A DNA stretch of 63,828 nt, counting the filler, from Blastocystis sp. subtype 4 (Eukaryota), in the NCBI RefSeq assembly GCF_000743755.1. It is 18 parts of 18 records of this genome, joined end to end, with 100 filler letters (N's around TTAATTAATTAA, not from the genome) between each part and the next. Parts side by side here need not be neighbours in the genome. Positions count along the whole stretch, not along the records: positions 60,775 to 63,828 come from NW_014568948.1; 17 more parts are not named here. One strand, written 5' to 3'. The notes below the pieces were generated by a model that saw nothing but the letters and a program-made list of their open reading frames with translations, searched no databases and was not told where the DNA came from. Of the stretch, positions 61,940-63,828 are shown in pieces. Numbering within the stretch: the first letter of the stretch is position 1; the number at the start of each line of letters is the position of its first letter. The position numbers and the translations under genes were made by a program.

Positions 61940-63520
61940 TTATTCATGATCTTTCGTCCAACGACAATGATAACTCATTCCACGAGGCATATCAATTCGT
62001 TCAAACAGACTTGATTCATAATAGTCATGTTGAGCCACAATCAAATTCTGAGGCAATTTCTCACGACGACCATAATCAAATGAACTTAATGAACTCGATA
62101 TCACAGGCATACTTACTCCTGATATCACAGATAAGCCAACCACACGTCTCCAACTCATCTGTTTCTTCTGAAGGATTTCACATACTTCTTCATCCATCAA
62201 TGCATTTACACTCTCTTTCTCTAAAGCATTCTTCACTCTAACAATCAGTTCATCATTCATGTCTTACGTCTCCAATACACCACATCGACCAATTGAACTT
62301 GCTACGATTACACGAATCACTTCACTGCAATTGATCGACCATTCATAATCATTGCTTGCTGCTTGAATCATAGTGAATGCTTGAATTGTTGACATTATGA
62401 TTGAACATGTCACTGCATTACGTAAGTCTTCCACTAATTGAACGTGATCCAACTTCTGCCAACTGAAACTTGGTTCTTTCACTGTTTCACTCACTAACAT
62501 CATCATTCAATCATCATTCATACATTTCTGACGATTCTCCATACATTCACTCACATATGCTTTGCTTACTCCCATACTGATACTACTCACATTCATGCGA
62601 CGATCATTTGATTCACGGAACAATGCATTTGCTTCTTCCAGAACATGTTCATTATCACAAACCTTATCGATCACAAAACCATCATCATCATCTTCCTTCT
62701 TACGTAACACAGTTGCCATGTTCTCAATCATTGGTCCTTCCAATTCTTCCTTGTTCCATCCACTCACACTCTTACTCACTTCTTCATTCGTGAAACCAGC
62801 TGATAACAACATTCCATAACTCTCAGATAGACTCTCTTCTTCAGCTGTTATCATTCCATTCAATACCATTTCAACATAACTTGCACTTACAGAACTTCCC
62901 ACATAACATAAACATGACTCATATTCAACTTCACGAGATGCCTTCTTCAATATCACTTCCAATTCATCATAGGCAGAACGATCTCCACTTATCAAGAAAC
63001 CACAACCTTTCAAAACTTCTTTGTCTGTTCCAAGAACACATATCGTCAAATATCGAATTCCTTTCTCTTCACATTCTTTTGAACGACGAATACAAGTTTC
63101 AAATCCTTCACCACTTCCATCAACAAGAATATCACCTTCCTAGATCATCAATATATACCAATATTCAATACTTCTAAACATGGAAGTACTTTAGAAATAT
63201 TCTTTTCAATACTTGAACCTCGTTTACCAAGAAGAAGCACTTTACGAGGACTACTCAACATTGAACAGAATTCACTCGCCTATATCATCAACAATATCTT
63301 TCAATAACTCACATCCTTTACTCCAGTCACCAACTCTTCTACTCCCTTCTTTTCACACAATTTCATACATTCTTTTATCTTCAATTCATTTAGATATAAT
63401 CATCTGTACCATATCAGAAGATCTGTTACCAACAGTAACACTTACACCTTTCAGAGCCAAATTAACAGCAAGATTATTAGCACGAGGTGATAATCCAAAT
63501 AGACCGATATCTGATGACAT
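61940..63520 (-). CDS. Divergent 6-phosphogluconate dehydrogenase-like protein (probable pseudoenzyme)
   Basis: 'SDIGLFGL...NLAVNLALKG..VTVGNRS', 'WNKEELEG', 'EKLPQNLIVAQHDYY' match the 6PGD fold; catalytic motifs altered. Confidence 0.75.
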
Positions 63521-63828
63521 ATCTTGATAATTGATTGAGAAATCAATGAAATGTTGAATTGATCAAATCTCTCGAATTCTTGTCATGAAAGTTTCATTGT
63601 GAAAGTAAATCATTATCAATATCAATCCTGATTCTAATTCAAAGAATGAAATGAATGCATTTTGAGTATGACATTGTTCAACATCAAACCACTCTTCTCT
63701 TATTATCAAACCACTCTTCTTATTCATTCTTAAATCAGTTCAATATCAAGATAATTCAAGAAAATGAATAGTACTAGATGTTTTGTTCACTCTTTTACTC
63801 TTATCTTGCTTTTTTCATGAAACATCAA

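Overview
This is not one contiguous locus. It is 18 contigs (mostly about 3.1-3.2 kb) joined by 17 artificial 100-bp spacers (44 N + TTAATTAATTAA + 44 N), so adjacency across spacers means nothing. The DNA is eukaryotic, AT-rich and gene-dense, with about 30-nt spliceosomal introns and a TGTTTGTT element at gene 3' ends. At least two genes appear to get their stop codon only from polyadenylation. Together these point to Blastocystis (inference, no search run). Housekeeping content: DBP2, OLA1, a Kelch-TYW2 gene, RPS9, RPS5, RPLP0, RPLP1, tRNA-Ser(GCT), an SQT1/AAMP-like WD40 gene, an SBP2-like gene, TIM9, DBP10, NSE4, a STE20-type kinase and GMP synthase. Accessory content: an expanded MORN+LRR family, a large surface-protein family (mostly disrupted copies), and a cluster of IFI27/ISG12-like genes. 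The most striking item is a 3.07-kb contig (50785-53856) bounded by structured inverted repeats. It encodes one intronless 790-aa protein with a PolA-like (TV-Pol) polymerase/primase domain fused to an SF3 helicase, and no integrase or capsid. Two other intronless virus-like pieces occur elsewhere: an adenovirus pX/pVI-like ORF and a possible penton-like ORF. All family calls come from motif recognition by eye.
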